DNA of 64,000 nucleotides from a virus: the IMG/VR virus record IMGVR_UViG_3300022804_000001. One strand, 5' to 3'. Position numbers and translations under genes: made by a program. Of the stretch, positions 8,636 through 15,424 are shown piece by piece. Position 1 is the first letter of the stretch. Every line of letters starts with the position of its first letter. Below the pieces are notes generated by a model. That model worked only from the letters and a program-made list of their open reading frames with translations. It had not been told where the DNA came from and did not search any database.

Positions 8636-9111
8636 AATCGGTTAATTCCAGTGAGTTTATTTAGTATAAAAGATTGTATCATAGAAACAGGAAACAGGCG
8701 TTATGTTTTTAACATTTCGGTGTATTTTCTGTGTACAAATTCGGCATAATCCTATTCTATTTTCAATTTACCTATTGTTAACCGATTGAGACAGCAAAGT
8801 TTTTTTTCGTCTCACAATCGGGAATTGCCTCAAAATTCCGAATTATACGCTATGTATACGATATGCTATCCTATGCGTATGTAGTCTCCGTCTGAATTAT
8901 CAACCTTTCTCTCCCCAAAATTATTTTTTTATATTATTTTTCGTGTGTGTGATTAGTCGTGGCACTACGCCCTGTATAGGTTTGTGTGTCCTAAAAGCCC
9001 CTATACCCCCTCTTGCCTTGTAAAAATCTGATGTAGTTGATTTCTGACTGGCGCGGTCGTCTGATCTTGTCGTCGTGCATCCAGATTGGTATATTTTCGT
9101 TGATCTCGTGA

Positions 9112-9173
9112 TTGAATGACACAAAAGGACACTTTTAGGTCATTCAAAACACCAGAAACACATCAAAACACCA
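9112..9173. promoter_or_regulatory. long hairpin plus TCAAAACACCA direct repeats
   Basis: TTGAATGAC-AC-AAAAG-GACA-CTTTT-AG-GTCATTCAA (9112-9147). TCAAAACACCA occurs at 9144-9154 and 9163-9173 (19-nt period). The element sits inside an ~830-nt non-coding region. Confidence 0.4.
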
Positions 9174-9448
9174 TCCAAACAACGAAAACACTTGACAAAA
9201 TATCCGTTATGTGATACGCTATGATATACTATAATCCAAGTGTTTTACATAGATATACCTAAAGATATAAAAGATATATCAATCGTTGATAAACCTTGAT
9301 TATACTTGACTTTCTGAAGATTAAAAAATGTCTTGGAGAGGCAAGGAACACACAATTAACCAGTAATTGTATAGTTCATTGACAAGTAAATAAAAGCGGT
9401 CGGTTGACTATTCCCAAAGCATCGGGTGACGGTCAAAAGGCTGTATTA

Positions 9449-9458
9449 CCTAACGGAG
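9449..9458 (+). promoter_or_regulatory. CCTAACGGAG translation-initiation motif (class I, copy 1, no GC hairpin)
   Basis: ATTACCTAACGGAGAGGTAACATG precedes the ATG at 9466. Confidence 0.7.
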
Positions 9459-9465
9459 AGGTAAC

Positions 9466-9762
9466 ATGGTATCAATACACGGTCACGAGATCACTGTACT
9501 GAATCACGGAATATCCGATCATGCAATAGGTGTAGACATCAAACGTCACGCAAAAATAGAAATTAACGGAAAATTGGAAATTGGTGACGTGGTATTCACG
9601 GAAACAATAAGGGAATATTACGAAATGAAGTTTCACTTAAATAGTCGGTTAAATAGGTGCATATTGCACGTTGCGGCACGTGATGAATTCACGAATCTAC
9701 GTGTTAGACTTCAGAACATGAAACCCATCACAACCGTCATTGGTTCGGTCATTGATTGGTAA
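9466..9762 (+). CDS. hypothetical protein
   Basis: 98-aa ATG ORF behind the class I motif. Confidence 0.7.
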   Translation: MVSIHGHEITVLNHGISDHAIGVDIKRHAKIEINGKLEIGDVVFTETIREYYEMKFHLNSRLNRCILHVAARDEFTNLRVRLQNMKPITTVIGSVIDW

Positions 9763-9768
9763 CAACAC

Positions 9769-9806
9769 GGGCGCGGTCTAATGATCGCGTCCATTACCTA
9801 ACGGAG
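9769..9806 (+). promoter_or_regulatory. class I element: GC hairpin + CCTAACGGAG (copy 2)
   Basis: GGGCGCGGTC-TAAT-GATCGCGTCC (9769-9792; 10 bp, 2 G-T in the plus sense), then ATTACCTAACGGAG (motif 9797-9806). ATG at 9814. Confidence 0.7.
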
Positions 9807-9813
9807 ATACTCA

Positions 9814-10173
9814 ATGAATGAAGTGACTGCACAGATACAAGCGAAAAATGACGCGCTAAGGCAAGGGCTATTTACACCAGAAGGTGGCATGTGTTCGGTC
9901 ACGCGTGGCGTGCATGATCTACCAGTAGAAGCAAAGGCTCAAGTTTTATTGGCAGTCAAGAATTATGATAACTTCAACGAGGACAATGATCCACACGGAG
10001 AACACGAATTCGGAATCGTTGAACTTGAAGGAATTCCCAAAGTATTCTGGAAGATAGATTATTTTGAAGATGCGAAAATGGATTGCAACCCAGATTCAAA
10101 CTTTGGGGAAAATGAAGAAGATTTTATAAATGCTTATCGCTTGCTTACAATCATGTTAGCAGATGAGTATTAA
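9814..10173 (+). CDS. DUF3768-like protein
   Basis: 119 aa. NDPHGEHEFG...VFWKIDYFED...YRLLTIMLADEY matches my recollection of the DUF3768 signature (NDPxGEHDFG / WKIDYYD / TIMLAxEY), a family common on plasmids and phages. Confidence 0.75.
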   Translation: MNEVTAQIQAKNDALRQGLFTPEGGMCSVTRGVHDLPVEAKAQVLLAVKNYDNFNEDNDPHGEHEFGIVELEGIPKVFWKIDYFEDAKMDCNPDSNFGENEEDFINAYRLLTIMLADEY

Positions 10174-10182
10174 ACAACCAAT

Positions 10183-10222
10183 GGGCGCGTCGTTGGGCGC
10201 GTCCAACTTATACCTAACGGAG
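10183..10222 (+). promoter_or_regulatory. class I element (copy 3)
   Basis: GGGCGCG (10183-10189) pairs with CGCGTCC (10198-10204); the region also reads as the direct repeat GGGCGCGTC x2. CCTAACGGAG at 10213-10222. ATG at 10231. Confidence 0.65.
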
Positions 10223-10230
10223 AAATAACC

Positions 10231-10932
10231 ATGACTTATGACATTCAAGACGAGCGGAACGAACGCGAAAAGAGGGCGACGTGGGGTTTTGTCGTTTGCA
10301 CGGCAGACTTCGGAGACTACCGAACATACGTTGCACGTCCAGTCAAAGAAAAGGGCGAGGCGGACGTAATTATGAACGTAATGCAGAATCGTGATGACCT
10401 CAAACGCGTACGTTATGTGTGTGGCACGGAAACAAAAGAGGGATTAACATACCGTCCACGATTGCGAGAAAATGAACGCGTCTATATTCACAACTTCAAT
10501 TCCTTTTTACCTCAAAAAGAATGTGTGCATGTAGGTGCGCGTGTCTCTTATTATCCAATACGCGGCAATATAGAAGTTTCTAAAGAGTTGAAGCATGGGG
10601 TCACGGAGGTTGTTATCGGTGGAGATAGAGGCGGACGTGCATTGGCACTTGATGAGTGGATAATCTCTGAATTGCTACCGAACAAAGATTTGCATCAACG
10701 TGACGACCAGTGGCGCGCATGGGTAATCGGTGATGATTATATTCATCGTGTTTTGGACTTGCTACTTATTGAGAATCAAGCAAACCAGCGTCACGATGCT
10801 CTGGTAATGATGCGAAACTATCAACGAGAAACGTTTGATTATTTCATCGGTGACGAGATCCTTGATGCAGAGGCTATCGTAGATCTATCCACAAAAGAGG
10901 TGAAAGGCGTTTTATTGACACTTACCTCGTGA
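10231..10932 (+). CDS. hypothetical protein
   Basis: 233-aa ATG ORF behind a class I element. Confidence 0.7.
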   Translation: MTYDIQDERNEREKRATWGFVVCTADFGDYRTYVARPVKEKGEADVIMNVMQNRDDLKRVRYVCGTETKEGLTYRPRLRENERVYIHNFNSFLPQKECVHVGARVSYYPIRGNIEVSKELKHGVTEVVIGGDRGGRALALDEWIISELLPNKDLHQRDDQWRAWVIGDDYIHRVLDLLLIENQANQRHDALVMMRNYQRETFDYFIGDEILDAEAIVDLSTKEVKGVLLTLTS

Positions 10933-10967
10933 ATTCCTTTTATCGTGTTGGATACACGAAAGGAATT
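10932..10967 (+). other. interrupted 14-bp hairpin at gene end
   Basis: AATTCCTTT-TAT-CGTGT-TGGAT-ACACG-AAAGGAATT overlaps the stop codon of 10231-10932. No U-tract, so it is not a canonical terminator. Confidence 0.35.
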
Positions 10968-11075
10968 ACTGATTGGCAACTATGGCGATGATTCGGCATA
11001 CTTGAAAATGGACAGTAGTATGTGCAAGCAGATAACGGCACACTATGCACAATTTATGAAATCCTAATCTAACAC

Positions 11076-11113
11076 GGACGCGATCTGTTGGTCGCGTCCA
11101 CTACCTAATGGAG
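11076..11113 (+). promoter_or_regulatory. class I element (copy 4)
   Basis: GGACGCGATC-TGTT-GGTCGCGTCC (11076-11099; 10 bp, 1 G-T), then CTACCTAATGGAG (variant motif 11104-11113). ATG at 11121. Confidence 0.7.
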
Positions 11114-11120
11114 AAATGAC

Positions 11121-12266
11121 ATGAAAATAACTTTTGAAAAATCGGATCTACTGCATGCACTGAATCTTGTTAACGGTGCTTGCGGTGGGTCGGATACGTT
11201 ATCCATTCTCTCTTGTGTTATGATTTGTGGAGAGGCTGGAGTGGTTGAAATCACGGGTAACGACTTGGAAATAGCGGTAAAAGTAGAGACACCAGCGATC
11301 ATTGAAAAGGACGGAATGATCGCGGTACCTGCCAAGCGTTTATTGGAATTAGTGAAGGAACTGCCAACGGACAAACCGATTGATTTTGAAGCTTACGGGA
11401 ATAAGAACAAGGACGGGACGATAATTATTAATAAGCTAAAAATTACTTGTGGTGTTGATACCTATCACATGGTCGGTTTGAATGCGGATGATTATCCAGA
11501 GCGAGTAGAAGTAGAAGGGAAAACCTTTACGATAGCATGTAGCGAGTTACAAAATGTGCTGCGTCAAACGGAATTTGCAGCGTCTAAAGAAGGCTTTAGA
11601 TACCAACTCAATGCGATTTTCTTTAATCAGCACGAAGCGGTTGCAACGAATATGAACATCTTGGCAAGGGTTGCATGTCCTGTCCAAACACCAAAATTTA
11701 TTATTCCACTTCAAGCTGCAAAGGAACTACAAAAAACTTTGAAGCATTTAGACTCTGATATAGCTGTCACTGTTGGCAATAATCTGATAAGTTTTGTGTC
11801 TAACCATGTTACGCTGACAAGTCGCTTGATAACGGGAGAGTATTTGCTCTATTGGGAGATTATTCCGAAAAAATATTGGCTCACTACACCAATATTGGAG
11901 GAAGAGATAGAACTATTGACACATGAATATAGCGTTACCGTCTCTAAATCCGATTTTACGGAAGCACTCAAACGTGTATCTGTGTTTGCATGTGATAAGA
12001 CGTTCCTTGTCATTTTAGAGATTGAATCGGGTAAAATACATCTCTCGTGTGAGGATGATGAGGGTAGTTCAACCGAGTGGGTTGCGTGTTCGGGTTCGGG
12101 TTCGGTGCGTATTGGTCTTAACGCGCGTGCATTACTTGAAATTTTATTCCGTGTTGATGGAGAGTCGTTGGTGATTGAGTTTGGAGATGCTGAAACAGCA
12201 ATCCTTTTCAAATCATCGGATACGGATGATTTTATTAGTGTAATGGGTCCGATGTCTTTAGAATAA
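11121..12266 (+). CDS. dnaN: DNA polymerase III beta subunit (sliding clamp)
   Basis: 381 aa. MKITFEKSDLLHALNLVNGA...TLSILSCVMI...ITGNDLEIAV...VPAKRLLELVKELP aligns by eye with the DnaN N-terminus. The length is typical. Confidence 0.85.
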   Translation: MKITFEKSDLLHALNLVNGACGGSDTLSILSCVMICGEAGVVEITGNDLEIAVKVETPAIIEKDGMIAVPAKRLLELVKELPTDKPIDFEAYGNKNKDGTIIINKLKITCGVDTYHMVGLNADDYPERVEVEGKTFTIACSELQNVLRQTEFAASKEGFRYQLNAIFFNQHEAVATNMNILARVACPVQTPKFIIPLQAAKELQKTLKHLDSDIAVTVGNNLISFVSNHVTLTSRLITGEYLLYWEIIPKKYWLTTPILEEEIELLTHEYSVTVSKSDFTEALKRVSVFACDKTFLVILEIESGKIHLSCEDDEGSSTEWVACSGSGSVRIGLNARALLEILFRVDGESLVIEFGDAETAILFKSSDTDDFISVMGPMSLE

Positions 12267-12272
12267 CAATAT

Positions 12273-12362
12273 GGCGCGGTTTGAAACCGCGTCTGGGCAG
12301 AAGTAAAGGCTTAACGAAATAATAGGTATCTGTCCTACGGAGCCGCCTAAAACCTAACGGAG
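12273..12362 (+). promoter_or_regulatory. class I element (copy 5, extended spacer)
   Basis: Hairpin GGCGCGG(TT)-loop-(AA)CCGCGTC at 12273-12293. Degenerate CCTACGGAG at 12334-12342. CCTAACGGAG at 12353-12362. ATG at 12369. Confidence 0.6.
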
Positions 12363-12368
12363 AAATTT

Positions 12369-13109
12369 ATGAATACTCAAAACACGTTTCACAAAGGTAT
12401 GTCTACACCGTGGGGAAGTATCAACGAGTATACCAAGATCGCGGAAGGCATCATAAGTGTTTCAACCCCTGGTCATGGAGGTCTCTGGTTATCTGATGAA
12501 CGGATTGCACAACTACCAGAAAGTTATGAACCGTTTACAGGGACAAAGCGATGGGCAGAGGAAGATGAGGACGCAGCATTAGTGTTGCAATATCTTGGTT
12601 TGCTTTCATTGATACCAGAGCCATTAACGTTGGAAGTCACACAAGTGGACATTGACAAAGGGCGAGAAAGCCGTAAAACTGCTTGGTATGATACAAAACA
12701 GGGCGGTCCCATTGTGGAAGCCTACAAACGCGTCACGGGGGACGATTGTGGTGAAATGCTTTGCCATAAGTATTTGTCTCCAAAGCCAGGTGGTTTTAGA
12801 TTAGCTATACTCTGCGATGCTGCGATAGCATTCATGCATGCGTTTGATGCAGGTGAGAACGTTGATACATCAACTTTCACATTAGAGCCATATATTGTTT
12901 ATGAACGTGTGAAATTTACTCTCACCGATAAAGACGGCAAGGAATGGATTGATAAGGTTAGCGGTTTCATGGCAAAGCGTATACTTGAAGGGGACAAAGA
13001 GACGTGGGATTTCTATGAACGCATCTATGTCACCGATAAAATTGCTAAAGTGACTCACGAGGACAAAGTTATCTGGGAACGTGAATCAGAGAGCAAGAAT
13101 TACAGCTAA
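12369..13109 (+). CDS. DUF7007-like protein (TPWG...HGG...W.EED signature)
   Basis: 246 aa. MSTPWGSINEYTKIAEGIISVSTPGHGGLWLS...RWAEEDEDAALV resembles a plasmid/ICE-borne family as I recall it. Needs HMM confirmation. Confidence 0.55.
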   Translation: MNTQNTFHKGMSTPWGSINEYTKIAEGIISVSTPGHGGLWLSDERIAQLPESYEPFTGTKRWAEEDEDAALVLQYLGLLSLIPEPLTLEVTQVDIDKGRESRKTAWYDTKQGGPIVEAYKRVTGDDCGEMLCHKYLSPKPGGFRLAILCDAAIAFMHAFDAGENVDTSTFTLEPYIVYERVKFTLTDKDGKEWIDKVSGFMAKRILEGDKETWDFYERIYVTDKIAKVTHEDKVIWERESESKNYS

Positions 13110-13116
13110 AATAATA

Positions 13117-13150
13117 GGGCGCGGCTATGCCGCGTCCACACCTAACGGAG
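13117..13150 (+). promoter_or_regulatory. class I element (copy 6)
   Basis: GGGCGCGGC-TAT-GCCGCGTCC (13117-13137; 9 bp, 3-nt loop, 1 G-T), then CCTAACGGAG at 13141-13150. ATG at 13159. Confidence 0.7.
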
Positions 13151-13158
13151 ATGTAATA

Positions 13159-13653
13159 ATGAAATTACGCACTTTTGAATGGAACGGAGACTGGGAAAAT
13201 TGTCGTGCTGCTGCGGATTCTGGAAAGTTTGACGCGGGCTTGGCAAAGATGGTGGGTAAAAAAATGTATAAAGCATACCGACTTGAACAAGGCTCGGATG
13301 AACCTATGAAAGTTGGTTGGTCAATGCTAACGTCACATACTTTTGATGTGTTGTGGACAACTCACGAGAGAGTAAAACACTTATCCGAAAAAGAGGCAAA
13401 GGTTTTATTTCTTGCTGCAAGCGATATATTTCAGAAGTTAGAGTTTGGCGGTAGAACTACAGCGGAAAAACACGATGATTTACGTGACAGGATGTCAAGG
13501 CTCTGCGAAATGGCTTATGAAATGAATCTTGTTATAGATAAGCACGTGGATTATGACTGGGACAAATATGAAAGCCGATGGGAACAGGTTGAAGAAATGG
13601 AGGAAGAATATCAAACTCTCTTTTCTGAAACAGTACGGATATACAGCAATTAA
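13159..13653 (+). CDS. hypothetical protein
   Basis: The in-frame ATG at 13159 follows the class I motif. The track start at 13081 lies inside the previous gene. Confidence 0.65.
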   Translation: MKLRTFEWNGDWENCRAAADSGKFDAGLAKMVGKKMYKAYRLEQGSDEPMKVGWSMLTSHTFDVLWTTHERVKHLSEKEAKVLFLAASDIFQKLEFGGRTTAEKHDDLRDRMSRLCEMAYEMNLVIDKHVDYDWDKYESRWEQVEEMEEEYQTLFSETVRIYSN

Positions 13654-13659
13654 CAACAT

Positions 13660-13698
13660 GACGCGTCCATTTGGGCGCGTCTATTACCACCAACGGAG
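13660..13698 (+). promoter_or_regulatory. class I element (copy 7)
   Basis: GACGCGTCC-ATTT-GGGCGCGTC (13660-13681; 9 bp, 1 G-T), then the variant motif CCAACGGAG at 13690-13698. ATG at 13706. Confidence 0.65.
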
Positions 13699-13705
13699 GT
13701 AAATT

Positions 13706-14140
13706 ATGGCTATACCTGATCTTAATAAAGGCAATTTTGTTGTATGTAATGATGGTAGGCGGGGATATGTAACAGAGATTGAAGTTGATCGCTATAACAA
13801 CTCAATATGGGTTTGGGTATCAAATGACGATGGAAACGAATTTGAAATTTCTTTTTGTGCTATAACTCACATCATGCGGAAACGCGTCTTTGTAGCAACT
13901 CTCAACGTATCACTTCGGGCAGGATTGAGTAAGGAAGTTAGAGAGAACTATCGTAAATTTGAGTATCGCTTGTGGTTTGTCGCAGATGATATGGAACATG
14001 CAAAGAAAAAATGGTGGGATATTGCTAAATCACATCGGTTAAAAATATCGTTTGGCTTTATGAATACAGCATGTACAGTATATGACATTGTGACAGGTAG
14101 AAAATGGGATGTTAAACTGAAGGAACATAGAAAATCATAA
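13706..14140 (+). CDS. hypothetical protein
   Basis: 144-aa ATG ORF behind a class I element. Confidence 0.7.
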   Translation: MAIPDLNKGNFVVCNDGRRGYVTEIEVDRYNNSIWVWVSNDDGNEFEISFCAITHIMRKRVFVATLNVSLRAGLSKEVRENYRKFEYRLWFVADDMEHAKKKWWDIAKSHRLKISFGFMNTACTVYDIVTGRKWDVKLKEHRKS

Positions 14141-14185
14141 CGCAACGCTGGTGCGCGAGGCAGGGTTCAATTCCTTGCTTGCGTA
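14140..14185 (+). other. tRNA 3'-half mimic (T-arm + acceptor 3' strand); candidate attP core
   Basis: CAGGG-TTCAATT-CCTTG (14161-14177) carries all the invariant T-loop positions (G53 T54 T55 C56 R57 A58 ... C61), followed by 7 nt (CTTGCGT) and A. ACGCAA at 14140-14145 pairs with TTGCGT at 14079+100 offset, i.e. 14179-14184. There is no D-arm or anticodon arm, so this is not a full tRNA. Confidence 0.5.
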
Positions 14186-14239
14186 TTTTGTATCTGATGG
14201 ACAGATACAAACAGGGCAAGACAATAGTCCTACCCTGTA

Positions 14240-14298
14240 CCTAACGGAGAAATTCCACCTAACGGAGAGTTTCTCCAGTCTCAATTTACCTAACGGAG
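14240..14298 (+). promoter_or_regulatory. three tandem CCTAACGGAG motifs (class I copies 8-10; two are orphans)
   Basis: Motifs at 14240-14249, 14258-14267 and 14289-14298. Only the last is followed by a start codon (14305). The second overlaps the small hairpin GGAGA-GTT-TCTCC. Confidence 0.7.
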
Positions 14299-14304
14299 GA
14301 ATTT

Positions 14305-14562
14305 ATGTCAAGACAAAAGAGAAAAGGCACACCACTTACTTACGATCCTGTTCCATGCGAGGTTGATGTCTATGTAACTTTTGAAGGAAAGGATGCTGAA
14401 GAATGGAGCGAAACGTGGAACGCAGTTATTACAAAATCTGGTAAAATAGATGTTATTCACGGTAATGGCAAAGAGTATCGTTCAATGGAGGAACTAAAGG
14501 ACGATTATGTTGTCGGTTACTGTGTAGAAACACGCCACACCGTTGGCGTAGAAGTCAAATAG
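14305..14562 (+). CDS. hypothetical protein
   Basis: 85-aa ATG ORF behind a class I motif. Confidence 0.65.
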   Translation: MSRQKRKGTPLTYDPVPCEVDVYVTFEGKDAEEWSETWNAVITKSGKIDVIHGNGKEYRSMEELKDDYVVGYCVETRHTVGVEVK

Positions 14563-14587
14563 AGAGGCTAACGATAAATCAATGAGG

Positions 14588-14609
14588 CAGGGGCGTGCAA
14601 GCGTCCCTG
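14588..14609 (+). promoter_or_regulatory. class II hairpin (copy 2)
   Basis: CAGGGGCGT-GCAA-GCGTCCCTG (9 bp, 2 G-T, GNRA loop), then ATATTCT and the ATG at 14617. No SD. Confidence 0.6.
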
Positions 14610-14616
14610 ATATTCT

Positions 14617-15132
14617 ATGTATGAATACGAAGAACAAGTAATAGAAATCACGAAAGGCAAGGTTGAAGGCAAAAACTGCGTCTACGAGTTTATACTCGGT
14701 TTTTGTGAAGGACCCGTTTATCCGTATATCACCATAGACTATTGGGTACTTCCCGATGGTGTGTCAACAGACAAATTCGCTGGACGTTCTCCACAAGGGT
14801 TGGTAAGCGTTCTGACCGAAAAGAATTATCCTGTTCCTGCTATATTAGAACTTTGGCAGGAACAAACAAAACGGGTTACAAATTCAATGTTATCTGGTGC
14901 TGAAGATATGACTTTGGACGGCTTGAGACAGCATTATGTCAAACAACTTACGGAGGACGATATTAAAGAGTTTATCCGCCAAGAAGTCAGTGAGATGTTC
15001 CAGGAAACAACCATTACCCTTGCATTACATACATACTGGGGAATCAGAGCAGCCAATGATTGGAACGAAGGTCTTGAACAGATATTATTGCAACGATATG
15101 GAGGAGAGGCAGAGACATGCGAATGTCCCTGA
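14617..15132 (+). CDS. hypothetical protein
   Basis: 171-aa ATG ORF directly behind a class II hairpin. Confidence 0.65.
   Translation: MYEYEEQVIEITKGKVEGKNCVYEFILGFCEGPVYPYITIDYWVLPDGVSTDKFAGRSPQGLVSVLTEKNYPVPAILELWQEQTKRVTNSMLSGAEDMTLDGLRQHYVKQLTEDDIKEFIRQEVSEMFQETTITLALHTYWGIRAANDWNEGLEQILLQRYGGEAETCECP
15110..15131 (+). promoter_or_regulatory. class II hairpin (copy 3)
   Basis: CAGAGACAT-GCGA-ATGTCCCTG (8/9 bp, GNRA loop), then ATACAACA and the ATG at 15140. It is embedded in the 3' end of the previous gene. Confidence 0.55.
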
Positions 15133-15139
15133 TACAACA

Positions 15140-15424
15140 ATGAGAGGAATAGCAAGAACGTTGAAACATCAAAAACTTCGGAAGCGGTTTCCTGAAGGTG
15201 TCTCTATGTTCATTCATCAAGTATCACCGTTAACTTGGAAGTTGCGGATTATCTGTCTAAAGCAAGAACGTCTAAAGCAAAATTGTGTTTTCGGTACGTT
15301 AACACATGACGGTGGCGAGTCTGGGAGAGAAATTCTCACAAGTAAAATGTCGCATATTGAGAAAGTTCTTCGCCAAGCAGGTGTTACTCCGATCATCACA
15401 CCAAAGGAGGATATAAATGAGTAA
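15140..15424 (+). CDS. hypothetical protein upstream of integrase
   Basis: 94-aa ORF from the in-frame ATG at 15140 of track ORF 14936-15424. The start is chosen because class II hairpin copy 3 sits 8 nt upstream. It overlaps the integrase start by 8 nt. Confidence 0.45.
   Translation: MRGIARTLKHQKLRKRFPEGVSMFIHQVSPLTWKLRIICLKQERLKQNCVFGTLTHDGGESGREILTSKMSHIEKVLRQAGVTPIITPKEDINE

Noticed and set aside
8845-9228. Shared 10-mer ATACGCTATG (8845-8854 and 9214-9223) as paired operators
   Set aside because: A single 10-mer recurrence in ~800 nt of AT-rich DNA is close to chance expectation by my rough estimate. It is kept only as a note inside the control-region finding.
11849-12211. 120-aa minus-strand ORF inside dnaN. 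Similar antisense ORFs occur in portal, capsid, fibre and glycosyltransferase genes.
   Set aside because: They are antisense shadows of confidently called genes, with no RBS and implausible composition.
14100-14190. A complete tRNA gene
   Set aside because: Only the T-arm and acceptor 3' strand are present. The expected 5' acceptor strand, D-arm and anticodon arm positions fall inside the coding sequence of 13706-14140 and do not pair.
9449-14298. CRISPR array interpretation of the repeated CCTAACGGAG / GCGCG-hairpin units
   Set aside because: Repeat spacing is irregular (18-1100 nt). Each unit sits exactly in front of a start codon. The repeats are only ~10-35 nt with variable stems, and there are no cas genes.
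14151-14366. 71-aa ORF spanning the tRNA-like element and the three CCTAACGGAG motifs
   Set aside because: It has a non-ATG start and no RBS. It runs through regulatory repeats and overlaps the well-supported gene starting at 14305 in another frame.
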